Source: Dehalococcoidia bacterium (lineage in GTDB: Bacteria; Chloroflexota; Dehalococcoidia; Bin125). Taken from it: 64,000 bases of DNA. Under the pieces are notes generated by a model that was not told the DNA's origin, searched no databases, and saw only the letters and a list, made by a program, of their open reading frames with translations. Below, one piece after another: positions 37,034 to 46,256 of the stretch (its first letter is position 1; each line of letters begins with the position of its first letter). The stretch lies in the NCBI GenBank assembly GCA_963663235.2, contig CAXXNO010000008.1, positions 30,107-94,106 on the forward strand, in the 5' to 3' direction. The translations under genes were made by a program, and so were the position numbers.

Positions 37034-37225
37034 CTAACGTGCCTCCCCTGACGTCCGATCCACGCCCGGGCGCAGGGACACGAACCAGTAGCCCGCTTTG
37101 ACCAGGATGGCTCCACCGATCACGTTTCCGATGGTGACCGGCAGCAGATTCTGCACGAAGAAGTTGGCCCAAGTCAGGCCGGCGAGCTCCGCAGCGTTCA
37201 ACCCGCTCGCCCCGGCGCCGGTCAA
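37034..37225 (-). pseudogene. C-terminal fragment of a formate/nitrite transporter (FNT) family gene
   Basis: LTWANFFVQNLLPVTIGNVIGGAILVKAGYWFV matches the FNT C-terminal consensus (NL.PVTLGN..GG......YW). The upstream approximately 200 aa are absent. Confidence 0.6.
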
Positions 37226-37298
37226 GGCTAGGGGCGAGCGGGCTGTTGTGCCGAACCGTTGCCGGTCGGCTACACTCCGTCCGGAGAGGACCACGCCC

Positions 37299-38129
37299 AT
37301 GACCACTGCGCGCCGTTCCGGTGAATGTCGCATCACGGCATTCCTGGATGATCCCGAAAACATGAATATCCCGAACATCATGCATAGTACCCAGGGCGCG
37401 CAGCAGTTCGGCTACAAGGCGGCGCTTGTCGGCGGAACTACGGTCTACGGCTGGGCCGTTCCCGCGGTTCTCCAGGTGTTCGGTTCGGAGTGGCTGCACA
37501 ATGGCTGGCACGATGTGACGTTCCGCAAGCCGGTGTTCCCAGGGGATGAGATCACCACCAGCGTGACGGAGCGCGACGATGGCGCAGCCGACCTGGTCAT
37601 GGTCAACCAGGATGGCGGAAGCTGCGTGATGGGGACTGTGGGCGTGGACGACGCTCCCTGGCTGGACGAACTGCGGATGCCGCAGCGGCTCACGCCGGAG
37701 CCGAAGCTGGATCGTGTGCCGGACCTCACGCTCCAAGACGCGCCAGTCGGGCAGGACCTGCGGCCGCTGGCGGAAGCCATCTCGAAAGAGGAAGCTGAGC
37801 GCTTCGCTCGAGAAGAGGAGCGCGATACTGACCCACTGTGGGCCGGCGAGCGACCGCGCCTGCACCCGGGCTGGATCGCCTTCCGGGTGTGGCCGTTCAT
37901 CCGCCACAGCGTGCATATGGGCCCGATCCTTCACACGCGGAGTCAGATCCAGCATGTCGCTCCGGCGTTCGCTGGGCAGACCATCACGACGGCCGGCCAC
38001 TTCGTCGAAGCGTACGAGCGCAAGGGGCACCACTACTGCCTCGTCGATGGCGTCGCGCTATCAGAGGACGGACAGGCACTGGCCCGCTTCCGCCACACGA
38101 CGATCTTCAAGATCGCCGCGCGAGCCTGA
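37299..38129 (+). CDS. MaoC-like (double hotdog) dehydratase family protein
   Basis: GGAGAGGA Shine-Dalgarno 8 nt before the ATG at 37299. H..NGWHDVTFRKPVFPGDEITT in the first half and HFVEAYERKGHHYCLVDGVAL in the second half. Confidence 0.6.
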   Translation: MTTARRSGECRITAFLDDPENMNIPNIMHSTQGAQQFGYKAALVGGTTVYGWAVPAVLQVFGSEWLHNGWHDVTFRKPVFPGDEITTSVTERDDGAADLVMVNQDGGSCVMGTVGVDDAPWLDELRMPQRLTPEPKLDRVPDLTLQDAPVGQDLRPLAEAISKEEAERFAREEERDTDPLWAGERPRLHPGWIAFRVWPFIRHSVHMGPILHTRSQIQHVAPAFAGQTITTAGHFVEAYERKGHHYCLVDGVALSEDGQALARFRHTTIFKIAARA

Positions 38130-38156
38130 GCGACCGCGGCGCGCCGGCCCCGTCGC

Positions 38157-39257
38157 TCAGACGATCAGCGCGATCCCGCCCACAATCACCAGCGCGCCGA
38201 GCACGGCCCAGCGGGTGGCCCGCTCTCGCAAGAAGACGGTGGCGAGGACGATCCCGAAGAGCGGCGCGGTTGAGAAGAGCACGGCGAACTCCCCCGAGCT
38301 GATGCGCTGTAGGGATATTACGATCAGGAGCGTCAGCAGCCCGGTTCCGATGAGCCCCGAAACAGCGAGCACCGCGTGGCTCCGCAGAGGCAGCGCTCGC
38401 CGCCGGAGGGTCGAGTTCGGCCGGACCAGCGCCACGACGAGGACGAAGAGGATGACCGCAGGCATCCGCACCGAGGCCGCGGGAGCCGCGTCGAACCCTG
38501 CGGAGGCGCTGCGCAGCCAGACCGTCGCTCCGCCCCACATGACGCCGAGGGCGACCGCGAAGATGATCCCGACGATCAGGGAGTGAGCCATGAGGCGGCT
38601 CGGGCGCTTGACCGCACACTGTCCCAGAATTGTGAGCGCCGGAACGGCATCAGGGGCTACGGCGCTGTCTCCTGCGATCGACGGCCGCTTACGAGTCAGC
38701 AAGCGGCCCAACCACGATCGCCGCGGCGGGGCGTCGACCATCGGTTCTGGCGTCCTGCTCTCTTGCGGTCGGCCGTAGAACGTGACGATATAGACGCCGA
38801 GGATTATGACGGCCGAGCCCACGCCAACCTGCCAGGTCAAGGTGTCGCCAATAAAGATCAGGCCGAAGACGAAAGCGAAGATCACAGTGCCGCCCGTGCT
38901 GATCGCGAAGGTGCGCGTGAGCCCGAGGAGCGGGATCGTGACGGCGTAGAGGGTCTCGGCCATGCCGGTGGCGAGAAAGCCGGTGCCCACCAGTGCTGCG
39001 ATATCGACGGTGCTCATCCGTGCGTAGTCGCCTTCGGCTCCCAGCACAAACGTCGCAGGGAAGAGGAAGATTGCGCCCCAGACGAACCGCACCAAGCTCA
39101 AGGTGAACGCATCGACTCGTGACGCCTGCGAGGCGATCAACGTGCTCGCCACTGCCCACACAGCGGCGGTCGCCATCGCGGCGGCGAAGCCGATAGCCAT
39201 CCTTCGCGCCTCTGTTTCCACCGCGGCGCTCAGAGAGCGCCCAGTTGTCTCCGGCAT
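38157..39257 (-). CDS. DMT-superfamily (EamA-type) transporter with an unusually long inter-domain linker
   Basis: Two five-TM EamA-like halves are separated by about 65 hydrophilic residues (YGRPQESRTPEPMVDAPPRRSWLGRLLTRKRPS...). Confidence 0.65.
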   Translation of the reverse strand: MPETTGRSLSAAVETEARRMAIGFAAAMATAAVWAVASTLIASQASRVDAFTLSLVRFVWGAIFLFPATFVLGAEGDYARMSTVDIAALVGTGFLATGMAETLYAVTIPLLGLTRTFAISTGGTVIFAFVFGLIFIGDTLTWQVGVGSAVIILGVYIVTFYGRPQESRTPEPMVDAPPRRSWLGRLLTRKRPSIAGDSAVAPDAVPALTILGQCAVKRPSRLMAHSLIVGIIFAVALGVMWGGATVWLRSASAGFDAAPAASVRMPAVILFVLVVALVRPNSTLRRRALPLRSHAVLAVSGLIGTGLLTLLIVISLQRISSGEFAVLFSTAPLFGIVLATVFLRERATRWAVLGALVIVGGIALIV

Positions 39258-39355
39258 CCTAGAGAACGGTGGAGCCCGCGCATACGCGCGGGCTCGCTCC
39301 ATGAGGCGGGCGGCGCCCGTTTGGGCGCTTGGGGCGCGGCGGGCCTCGGGCGCCG

Positions 39356-40834
39356 CTAAGCGCGCAGGCCCATCTCGGCGAGGAGCGGGGGCCAGCGATC
39401 CTTCCAAGGAGCGGCCGCTTCGTAGGCCGCCGACGCACGCAGCACCATGGGGTCGTCCAAGTGCCGCCCGACGATCTGCAGCCCCACGGGTAGGCCGTCG
39501 TTCGTCCAGCCCGCCGGGACGGAGGCGGCCGGCTGCCCGGTCATGTTCATCGGGAAGGTGAAGGCGAGCCAGCGGAAGGGTGCGCCGATCTTGCCGTCGA
39601 TCTTTTCGGGGCCTTGCATGTGGATGGGGAAGGGCGGCACCGCCAGCGTGGGAGTGAGGAGCAGATCGTAGGTGCGCATGAACCGCCACATCTTGTTGCA
39701 CACCGCTTTGCGGCCGATCATGGCGTTGGTGAGGTCCTCGGCGCTCCACGGCGTGCGGAGGAAATCGAGTAGATGCGGCGACATCTTGTCCTGGTACTTC
39801 TCAGCCATCGCCCGCATGCCTTTGAGGTCGGTTTCCGCCGCCACGATGCCCCAGAAGGCCTCGTACGGGTCCTCCCAGCCTGGATGCGCCTCCTCCACGG
39901 TGCAGCCCAGGTCGCGTTCGAACACCCGCGCCGCCTCGCCGGCGAGCCGCCGTACCTCGGGATCGACGGCCGCGTAGCCCCAGTCGGCGCTATACGCCAC
40001 GCGTAGCCCCTTCAGGTCGCCCTGGAGGCAGCCCATCCAGTCGAAGTTCGGCTCGGGCAGGCTGTGGCGGTCGCGGTCGTCGGGACCGGTGATGACCGAG
40101 AGCATGAGCGCGCTGTCGGCCACCGTTCGGCTGAGAGGACCGATGTGCTCGATGCTTTCCCAGCTCGACATACCGGGATAGCGCTCATCGCGGCACCCGG
40201 GATAGAGCGGGACCCGTCCCATGGACGCCTTGATCCCGTACAGGCCGCAGTGCGCCGCGGGAATGCGGACCGACCCGCCTCCGTCACTGCCGATCGCGAA
40301 CGGCGACATGCCGGTGGCGACTGCGACGGCGGAGCCGGCGCTTGAGCCGCCCGGTGTGAGATCCGTGTTCCAGGGGTTGACGGTGGTTTCGAACACTGGG
40401 TTGTGCCCGGTACCGCTGTAACCGAACTCGGGCACGTTTGTCTTGCCCAACACGATCGCCCCGGCCCCTTTGAGCCGCTCGACTACAACGTCATCTTCAT
40501 CCGGGATGAAGTCCTTGTAGGCGAACGATCCCGACGCGGTGCGGACGCCCTTGGTGGCAACGAGGTCCTTGATCCCGACAGGAACCCCGGCCAACGGGCC
40601 CACGTCCTTGCCCGCCGCGATGTCGGCCTCGATCCGCTTCGCGTCGGCGCGCGCGGCATCGAGAGTTGGCGTGCAGAAGGCGTGGAGGATCGGCTCCAGC
40701 TTCTCCATCCTACCCATCACGGCATCGATCACCTCGACGGGCGACAGCCGCTTGGACCGGACGTCATCCGCGAGTGTGACGGCGTCCAGTTCACAGATTT
40801 CACTGGTTGTGGCCATCTCGGGAGCCTCCTTCAC
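39356..40834 (-). CDS. amidase (amidase-signature family), second copy
   Basis: GVPVGIKDLVATKGVRTASGS...GGSSAGSAVAVATG...GSDGGGSVRIPAA. Confidence 0.88.
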   Translation of the reverse strand: MKEAPEMATTSEICELDAVTLADDVRSKRLSPVEVIDAVMGRMEKLEPILHAFCTPTLDAARADAKRIEADIAAGKDVGPLAGVPVGIKDLVATKGVRTASGSFAYKDFIPDEDDVVVERLKGAGAIVLGKTNVPEFGYSGTGHNPVFETTVNPWNTDLTPGGSSAGSAVAVATGMSPFAIGSDGGGSVRIPAAHCGLYGIKASMGRVPLYPGCRDERYPGMSSWESIEHIGPLSRTVADSALMLSVITGPDDRDRHSLPEPNFDWMGCLQGDLKGLRVAYSADWGYAAVDPEVRRLAGEAARVFERDLGCTVEEAHPGWEDPYEAFWGIVAAETDLKGMRAMAEKYQDKMSPHLLDFLRTPWSAEDLTNAMIGRKAVCNKMWRFMRTYDLLLTPTLAVPPFPIHMQGPEKIDGKIGAPFRWLAFTFPMNMTGQPAASVPAGWTNDGLPVGLQIVGRHLDDPMVLRASAAYEAAAPWKDRWPPLLAEMGLRA

Positions 40835-41013
40835 TGGCGCCGTTGGACCTGGGACTGTCCGGAGGGGTGAGCGGCGGCGCGCGAGACTGCGTCAGCGGTC
40901 GTGTGCACTGCGCCGCGGCTGACCACGTGTTTCAACTTCTCAACTGCGCCCCACCAGGGCCGCGGGCAGCGCACGCCGCGCGACCCGCGGCCGGCCGTGG
41001 CCCCGCTCGCGCG

Positions 41014-41487
41014 CTAGATCGGGACGAACTGCTGTTCAACCCAGCCCTTGTCGTATGAGGTCACGAAGTTAATGTTGAGCTTCGTCTCGTCGAAGAGCCA
41101 CTTGCCGCCGACCTTCTGATACGTGTCGTTATAGGTCATGGCGATCCAGACCGGCTCGCCCCTGAACGTGCCGAGCTCCCACAGGTACCAGTGGCCCGTG
41201 GCCGCAGTACCGGACGGATCGACGTCAATCGTGCTGCCCGTCATGAAGTGCATGCAGAACGTGAGCTCTGAGCCCATTCCGGCGAAGAACTCGCGGATCG
41301 CGTCGCGTCCCTCGTTCCGCCCGAAGGGCCCGCCGTCCATCACGCCGTTCTCCATGAAGAGCTCCGCGAGCTCGTCCGCGCGGAAGTTGTCGTCCACCAG
41401 TTGGGCATACTGGTGCTTCAGCCGACGGATATCTTCGATATCCTCGGCGCGCTGCATCCGCTTTTCGAGGTCTTCTAGGGTCGCCAT
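41014..41487 (-). CDS. SnoaL-like / NTF2-superfamily protein
   Basis: AEDIEDIRRLKHQYAQLVDD...HFMTGSTIDVD...GHWYLWE...YNDTYQKVGGKWLF matches the SnoaL_4 pattern. ATG at 41485-41487. Confidence 0.7.
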   Translation of the reverse strand: MATLEDLEKRMQRAEDIEDIRRLKHQYAQLVDDNFRADELAELFMENGVMDGGPFGRNEGRDAIREFFAGMGSELTFCMHFMTGSTIDVDPSGTAATGHWYLWELGTFRGEPVWIAMTYNDTYQKVGGKWLFDETKLNINFVTSYDKGWVEQQFVPI

Positions 41488-42001
41488 CTGCCGCTCCTCC
41501 CAGGGTGCTTGATCCGGACTCCGTCTGTTGAGGCGCGAGGCTAACAGCCGCCCTTCGGCCCTACAAGGCGAGGGAGCCGTACCGGTGACCCGCCTACGGC
41601 TATCCAGTCTCGATGCCCAGGGCAACGGTGGCCGCGACAACGCCGATCGCGCCGCCGCTCATCCCCAACGTCCCGGCGACACCCTCTGGCGCGTCACAGA
41701 GCACAGAGCTGGTGACGCGGTCGGCGACACCCCTGGAGAGCGAGCGCGTACAATTCGTCGGGCAGTTGCACGTATCTCACCTCCGCCGAATCGATGAGGG
41801 TCCGGCCCTCGGTGAAGTGGAACTCCACGAACTCCGGAACCTCGAGTTCTGCGACGGCAGGGGCCTCGCTCTCGCTCTCCTTAGGCGGTGGGCTCGCTAC
41901 AAGGAGATGCGGCGCGCCAGGCGGTCCGTGCGGGCTTGGGACGGGACGGGGAGTTGGACGGGAAGGCGATACGGTCACGGATGTGATGCAGCTGCCGGGT
42001 G

Positions 42002-43636
42002 CTATGTCAGGCCCAGTTCCCGGGTGCATATCTCCCGCAGCTTGTACTTCTGCACCTTGCCTGTCGAGGTGACGGGGTACTCGTCCACGAAGAGGACGTG
42101 GCGTGGGATCTTGAAGCTGGCGATCCTACCGCGGCAGTGTTCGAGCAACTCGTCCGCTGTCGCCGTCTGGCCGGGCTCGGGCAGGACGCACGCGCAGGCA
42201 ACCTCCGTAAGCTGGGTGTCTGACACGCCGACCACGGCCACCTGTTGCACCGCGGGGTGCTCCAGCAGCAGCGCTTCGACTTCCGCCGCATCGACGTTCT
42301 CGCCGCCGACTTTCAACATGTCTTTGTACCGACCAAGGAATCGGATCGTTTCGTCGTCGCGCATGACGGCCATGTCGCCCGTGTGCATCCAGCCCTCGGC
42401 GTCGATCGCCTTGGCGGTCTCCTCGGGCTCCTTGTAGTAGCCCTGCATCATCCCATAGCCGCGGCAACAGAGCTCGCCGGGCGTGCCGTGGGAAACGATC
42501 TCACCGGTGTCCGGTTCCACGATCTTGAACTCCCAGCCCGGCAACGCCACACCGGACATCGTGCAGCGATCATTGTCGCTGTCGTCTGGGAATCCGAGGG
42601 ACACGGCCACGCCGAGTTCGGTCATGCCGTAGCCGCTGACCGTCGGACACAGGACGGCTTGCGTGCGCCGCACGACTGGCTCGCTACGGGCGAGCCCGGC
42701 GACCTGGAGGCCGGTTCGCAGACTGGAGGTGTCCGTCTCCCCGAATTGGGGGTGCTCCATGAGACCGAGAAAGTGGGCATCGAAGCCCTGGATGCGGGTC
42801 GCGCGCTCTGCCGCGATCAGCCTGAGCGCCTCGCTCGGGTCGTACTGCTCCATCAGGACCACGCGTGCCCCGCTGACGATCGACATCAGCGGCCCCTGGT
42901 GCAGTCCGGCCAAATGGAACAGCGGCAGATAGGTGAGGATCACGTCGTCCGCCCTCACGCCCATGCGGTTCTGGTGCGCCGAGGCGTTGTGGAGAAGGTC
43001 GTGGTTGTGCATCACCCCCTTGGGAAACCCAGTGGTGCCGGAGGTGTACATGAGGAGGACGGTCGCGTCGGGATCGATAGCCCGCTGACGGGCCGCCAGT
43101 TCCTGGTCGGGGAGCGCGTCACCGGCCGCCAGGACATCTTTCCACCGCCTCGTTCCCGGGTACGCGGACTCGCTGAGGACGATTACGCGTCGCAGCGCTG
43201 GAAAGGCTGCGCTGCGGAGGTCGTTGGGATCGCGGCAGGACCTGAGTTCCGGGATCAGGTCGCGCACGATCGCGAGGTAGTCAATGGGGCCAGAGCGATC
43301 AGGCAAGATCAGGGTCGTGCTGTCCGACTGACGGAGCACGTACTCCACGTCCGTGGTGCGGAACCGGGTGTTGATCGGTAGAAAGACGGCACCGATCTTC
43401 GCCGCGCCGAAGAAGGCTTGAATCCACTCCGGGCGGTTGGTCAGCCACAGCGCCACCGTTTCACCGGGTTCTACGCCGCTCGCAATCAGCCCCCGCGCCG
43501 CCCGGTTGCTCTCCAACTGGACTTGGTCGAAGCTCCAGCGCCGCCCGCCAAAGGCCAGCGCTTCGCGCAGGCCGAAGCGCTCCGCCGCGCGGTCCAGCGT
43601 GGCGCCGATGGTTATCTTCTCGATCCAGGCGCTCAT
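42002..43636 (-). CDS. AMP-dependent acyl-CoA synthetase/ligase
   Basis: LMYTSGTTGFPKGVMHNH (AMP-binding motif I), YGMTE, and GWMHTGDMAV...RYKDMLKVGGENV. Confidence 0.88.
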   Translation of the reverse strand: MSAWIEKITIGATLDRAAERFGLREALAFGGRRWSFDQVQLESNRAARGLIASGVEPGETVALWLTNRPEWIQAFFGAAKIGAVFLPINTRFRTTDVEYVLRQSDSTTLILPDRSGPIDYLAIVRDLIPELRSCRDPNDLRSAAFPALRRVIVLSESAYPGTRRWKDVLAAGDALPDQELAARQRAIDPDATVLLMYTSGTTGFPKGVMHNHDLLHNASAHQNRMGVRADDVILTYLPLFHLAGLHQGPLMSIVSGARVVLMEQYDPSEALRLIAAERATRIQGFDAHFLGLMEHPQFGETDTSSLRTGLQVAGLARSEPVVRRTQAVLCPTVSGYGMTELGVAVSLGFPDDSDNDRCTMSGVALPGWEFKIVEPDTGEIVSHGTPGELCCRGYGMMQGYYKEPEETAKAIDAEGWMHTGDMAVMRDDETIRFLGRYKDMLKVGGENVDAAEVEALLLEHPAVQQVAVVGVSDTQLTEVACACVLPEPGQTATADELLEHCRGRIASFKIPRHVLFVDEYPVTSTGKVQKYKLREICTRELGLT

Positions 43637-43789
43637 GGCACGATCCCTGGTGCTGCATGCCGGCGATCTGCGGCCGCGGGCCGGTCAGGTCGGCGTCGAG
43701 AGCGTTAGTCTAGTTAGGGTCGCGCCGGAGAGTCGACGCCGGCACGCGGGGACGCGGGGAGGACACGCGGGATCGGGGAGACGGGTGCG

Positions 43790-45454
43790 ATGCAGGAGAT
43801 GCTTGGCAGAACGACGCCCGACGACGCGGTGGAGCTCCACGAGGGTGCGGTCCTCGAGTCCGCTGTGAACCCGTCCGACGCGGAATTCATCGCCAACCGC
43901 GAGCAGATGGTCACGCGCGTTGCGGAGCTGCGCGAGCGCGAGGCGGTCGTGCACGCGGGCGGCGGCCCGGCCCAGACGGAGCGACATCGCTCACGGGGCA
44001 AACTGCTGGCCCGGGAGCGGGTGGAGCGGCTGCTGGATTCCGGCACCCCGTTCCTGGAACTCAGCCCTCTCGCGGCCTGGGGCCTCTATGACGGTGACGC
44101 GCCCAGCGCGGGGATCGTGACGGGCATCGGCAGAGTTCGCGGGCGGGAAGTCGTGATCGTGGCGAATGACGCGACCGTCAAAGGCGGCACCTACTACCCC
44201 ATGACGGTGAAGAAACATCTCCGGGCTCAGGATGTGGCTGAGCAGAACCGATTGCCGTGCATCTACCTTGTCGATTCGGGCGGCGCGTTCCTGCCGCTGC
44301 AAGCGGACGTTTTCCCCGACCGCGACCACTTTGGTCGTATCTTCTACAACCAAGCGCGCATGTCCGCGCTCGGCATCCCTCAGATCGCGGCGGTGATGGG
44401 CGCCTGCACTGCGGGAGGCGCCTATGTGCCCGCCATGAGCGACGAAACGATCATCGTCGGCGGGACAGGCACCATCTTTCTCGGCGGCCCTCCGCTCGTG
44501 AAAGCCGCCACCGGCGAGGAGATCTCCGCGGAAGAACTTGGCGGCGCTGCGGTTCACACACAAGTATCCGGCGTTGCCGACCACTTTGCGGCCAACGACG
44601 AGCAGGCCTTAGCGCTGGTGCGTAGCGTCGTGGCCAATCTCGGCCGACATGGAAAGTCGGTGCCCTGGCCCCTGACCACCCCCGATCCGCCCCTCTACGA
44701 CGCGGAGGAGTTGTACGGCGTCATTCCGGCGTCGCCACGGAAGTCGTATGACGTGCGAGAGGTCATCGCGCGGATCGTCGATGGCAGCCGCTTCCACGAG
44801 TTCAAGTCGGCGTACGGCGCCACGCTTGTTTGCGGCTTCGCCCGCCTCCTGGGCTATCCGGTCGGCATCGTCGCAAACAACGGCATCCTCTTTTCCGAGA
44901 GCGCTCTCAAAGGGGCGCACTTCATCCAACTCTGTGCTCAGCGCAAGCTCCCGCTAGTCTTCCTTCAGAACATCACCGGCTTCATGGTGGGCAAGCGATA
45001 CGAGCACGAGGGGATCGCGAAGCATGGCGCCAAGATGGTGACCGCAGTGGCGACGGCACAGGTGCCCAAGTTCACGGTGATCATCGGTGGTTCGTTTGGG
45101 GCGGGGAACTATGCGATGTGCGGCCGGGCCTACGCGCCGCGGATGCTGTGGATGTGGCCCAACGCGCGGATCTCGGTGATGGGCGGCGAGCAGGCGGCGC
45201 AGGTGCTGCTGACGGTTCGACTGGACAATCTCCGTGCCCGAGGGCAAGACATGACGGCTGAAAGCCAAGAGGAGTTCCTGACGCCGGTTCGTCAGAAGTA
45301 CGAGGATGAAGGAAGCAGCTATTACAGCACTGCGCGGCTCTGGGATGACGGTATTCTGGATCCCGTGGATACGCGGACGGCGCTCGGGCTGGGACTGAGC
45401 GCGGCGCTCAACGTGCCCATCCCCGATACGGGGTTCGGCATCTTCCGCATGTAA
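43790..45454 (+). CDS. methylcrotonyl-CoA carboxylase carboxyltransferase (beta) subunit
   Basis: [26 protein letters not shown]...[14 protein letters not shown]...DSGGAFLP...[16 protein letters not shown]. Context is with the biotin carboxylase, hydratase, HMG-CoA lyase and acyl-CoA dehydrogenase genes. Confidence 0.88.
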   Translation: MQEMLGRTTPDDAVELHEGAVLESAVNPSDAEFIANREQMVTRVAELREREAVVHAGGGPAQTERHRSRGKLLARERVERLLDSGTPFLELSPLAAWGLYDGDAPSAGIVTGIGRVRGREVVIVANDATVKGGTYYPMTVKKHLRAQDVAEQNRLPCIYLVDSGGAFLPLQADVFPDRDHFGRIFYNQARMSALGIPQIAAVMGACTAGGAYVPAMSDETIIVGGTGTIFLGGPPLVKAATGEEISAEELGGAAVHTQVSGVADHFAANDEQALALVRSVVANLGRHGKSVPWPLTTPDPPLYDAEELYGVIPASPRKSYDVREVIARIVDGSRFHEFKSAYGATLVCGFARLLGYPVGIVANNGILFSESALKGAHFIQLCAQRKLPLVFLQNITGFMVGKRYEHEGIAKHGAKMVTAVATAQVPKFTVIIGGSFGAGNYAMCGRAYAPRMLWMWPNARISVMGGEQAAQVLLTVRLDNLRARGQDMTAESQEEFLTPVRQKYEDEGSSYYSTARLWDDGILDPVDTRTALGLGLSAALNVPIPDTGFGIFRM

Positions 45455-45456
45455 CG

Positions 45457-46254
45457 ATGGCCGACTCTGACTACCTCAGCGTGACACGCCGCGGCGCGAG
45501 CACGATCATCACGCTCACCCGCCCCGAGGTCCACAACGCTTTCGACGCCCGGCTCATCGCCGAGCTCAAGGCAGCGTTCGATGCGCTGCGCGACGATTCC
45601 GAGACACGAGTCGTGGTGCTGGCGGCGGAAGGACCGTCATTCAGTGCCGGCGCCGACCTCAACTGGATGCGGCGCGCCGCCTCGTTCACGGAGGATGAGA
45701 ACCTGCGCGACGCCGGTGCGCTCGCCGCAATGCTGCGATCGATGGCGGAGTGCCCACACCCCGTAGTCGCACGAGTGCAGGGACCGGCGCTGGGCGGGGG
45801 CGTCGGGCTGGTGGCCGCGGCCGACATCGCGATCGCCGCGGAGACTGCGCGCTTCGCATTTACCGAAGTCCGCCTGGGGCTGATCCCGGCGACAATTGCT
45901 CCGCATGTGGTTGAGAAGATCGGGCCGGGTCGAGCCCGCGCCCTGTTCCTCAGCGCCGAGCGCTTCGATGCGCGGCAGGCGGAGGCCATCGGCTTGGTAC
46001 AGCGAGTGGTCCCTGTCGACGAGTTGGACGCGGCGGTCGATTCCGTGGTCGACACGCTGCTGGCCGGGGGACCGTCGGCCCACAGGATGGCGAAAGAGTT
46101 GGTCCGCCTCGTCCAGACGGAGACGGGCGCGGAGCTGGACCGGGCCACATCCGCGTTGGTCGCCCGCGCGCGCGTGACTGAGGAGGGCAGGGAAGGCATC
46201 CGCGCGTTCCTGGAGAAGCGCCTGCCGTCTTGGCGGCCCCCTGGCGCGGAGTAG
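45457..46254 (+). CDS. enoyl-CoA hydratase family (methylglutaconyl-CoA hydratase by context)
   Basis: Crotonase fold: FSAGADLNWM...GPALGGGVGLVAAADIAIA. Confidence 0.8.
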   Translation: MADSDYLSVTRRGASTIITLTRPEVHNAFDARLIAELKAAFDALRDDSETRVVVLAAEGPSFSAGADLNWMRRAASFTEDENLRDAGALAAMLRSMAECPHPVVARVQGPALGGGVGLVAAADIAIAAETARFAFTEVRLGLIPATIAPHVVEKIGPGRARALFLSAERFDARQAEAIGLVQRVVPVDELDAAVDSVVDTLLAGGPSAHRMAKELVRLVQTETGAELDRATSALVARARVTEEGREGIRAFLEKRLPSWRPPGAE

Positions 46255-46256
46255 CC

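Noticed and set aside
36414-38033. A 539-aa minus-strand ORF spanning the membrane-protein, FNT-fragment and MaoC regions.
   Set aside because: It is a low-complexity Arg/Pro/Gly-rich translation that overlaps better-supported genes on both strands.
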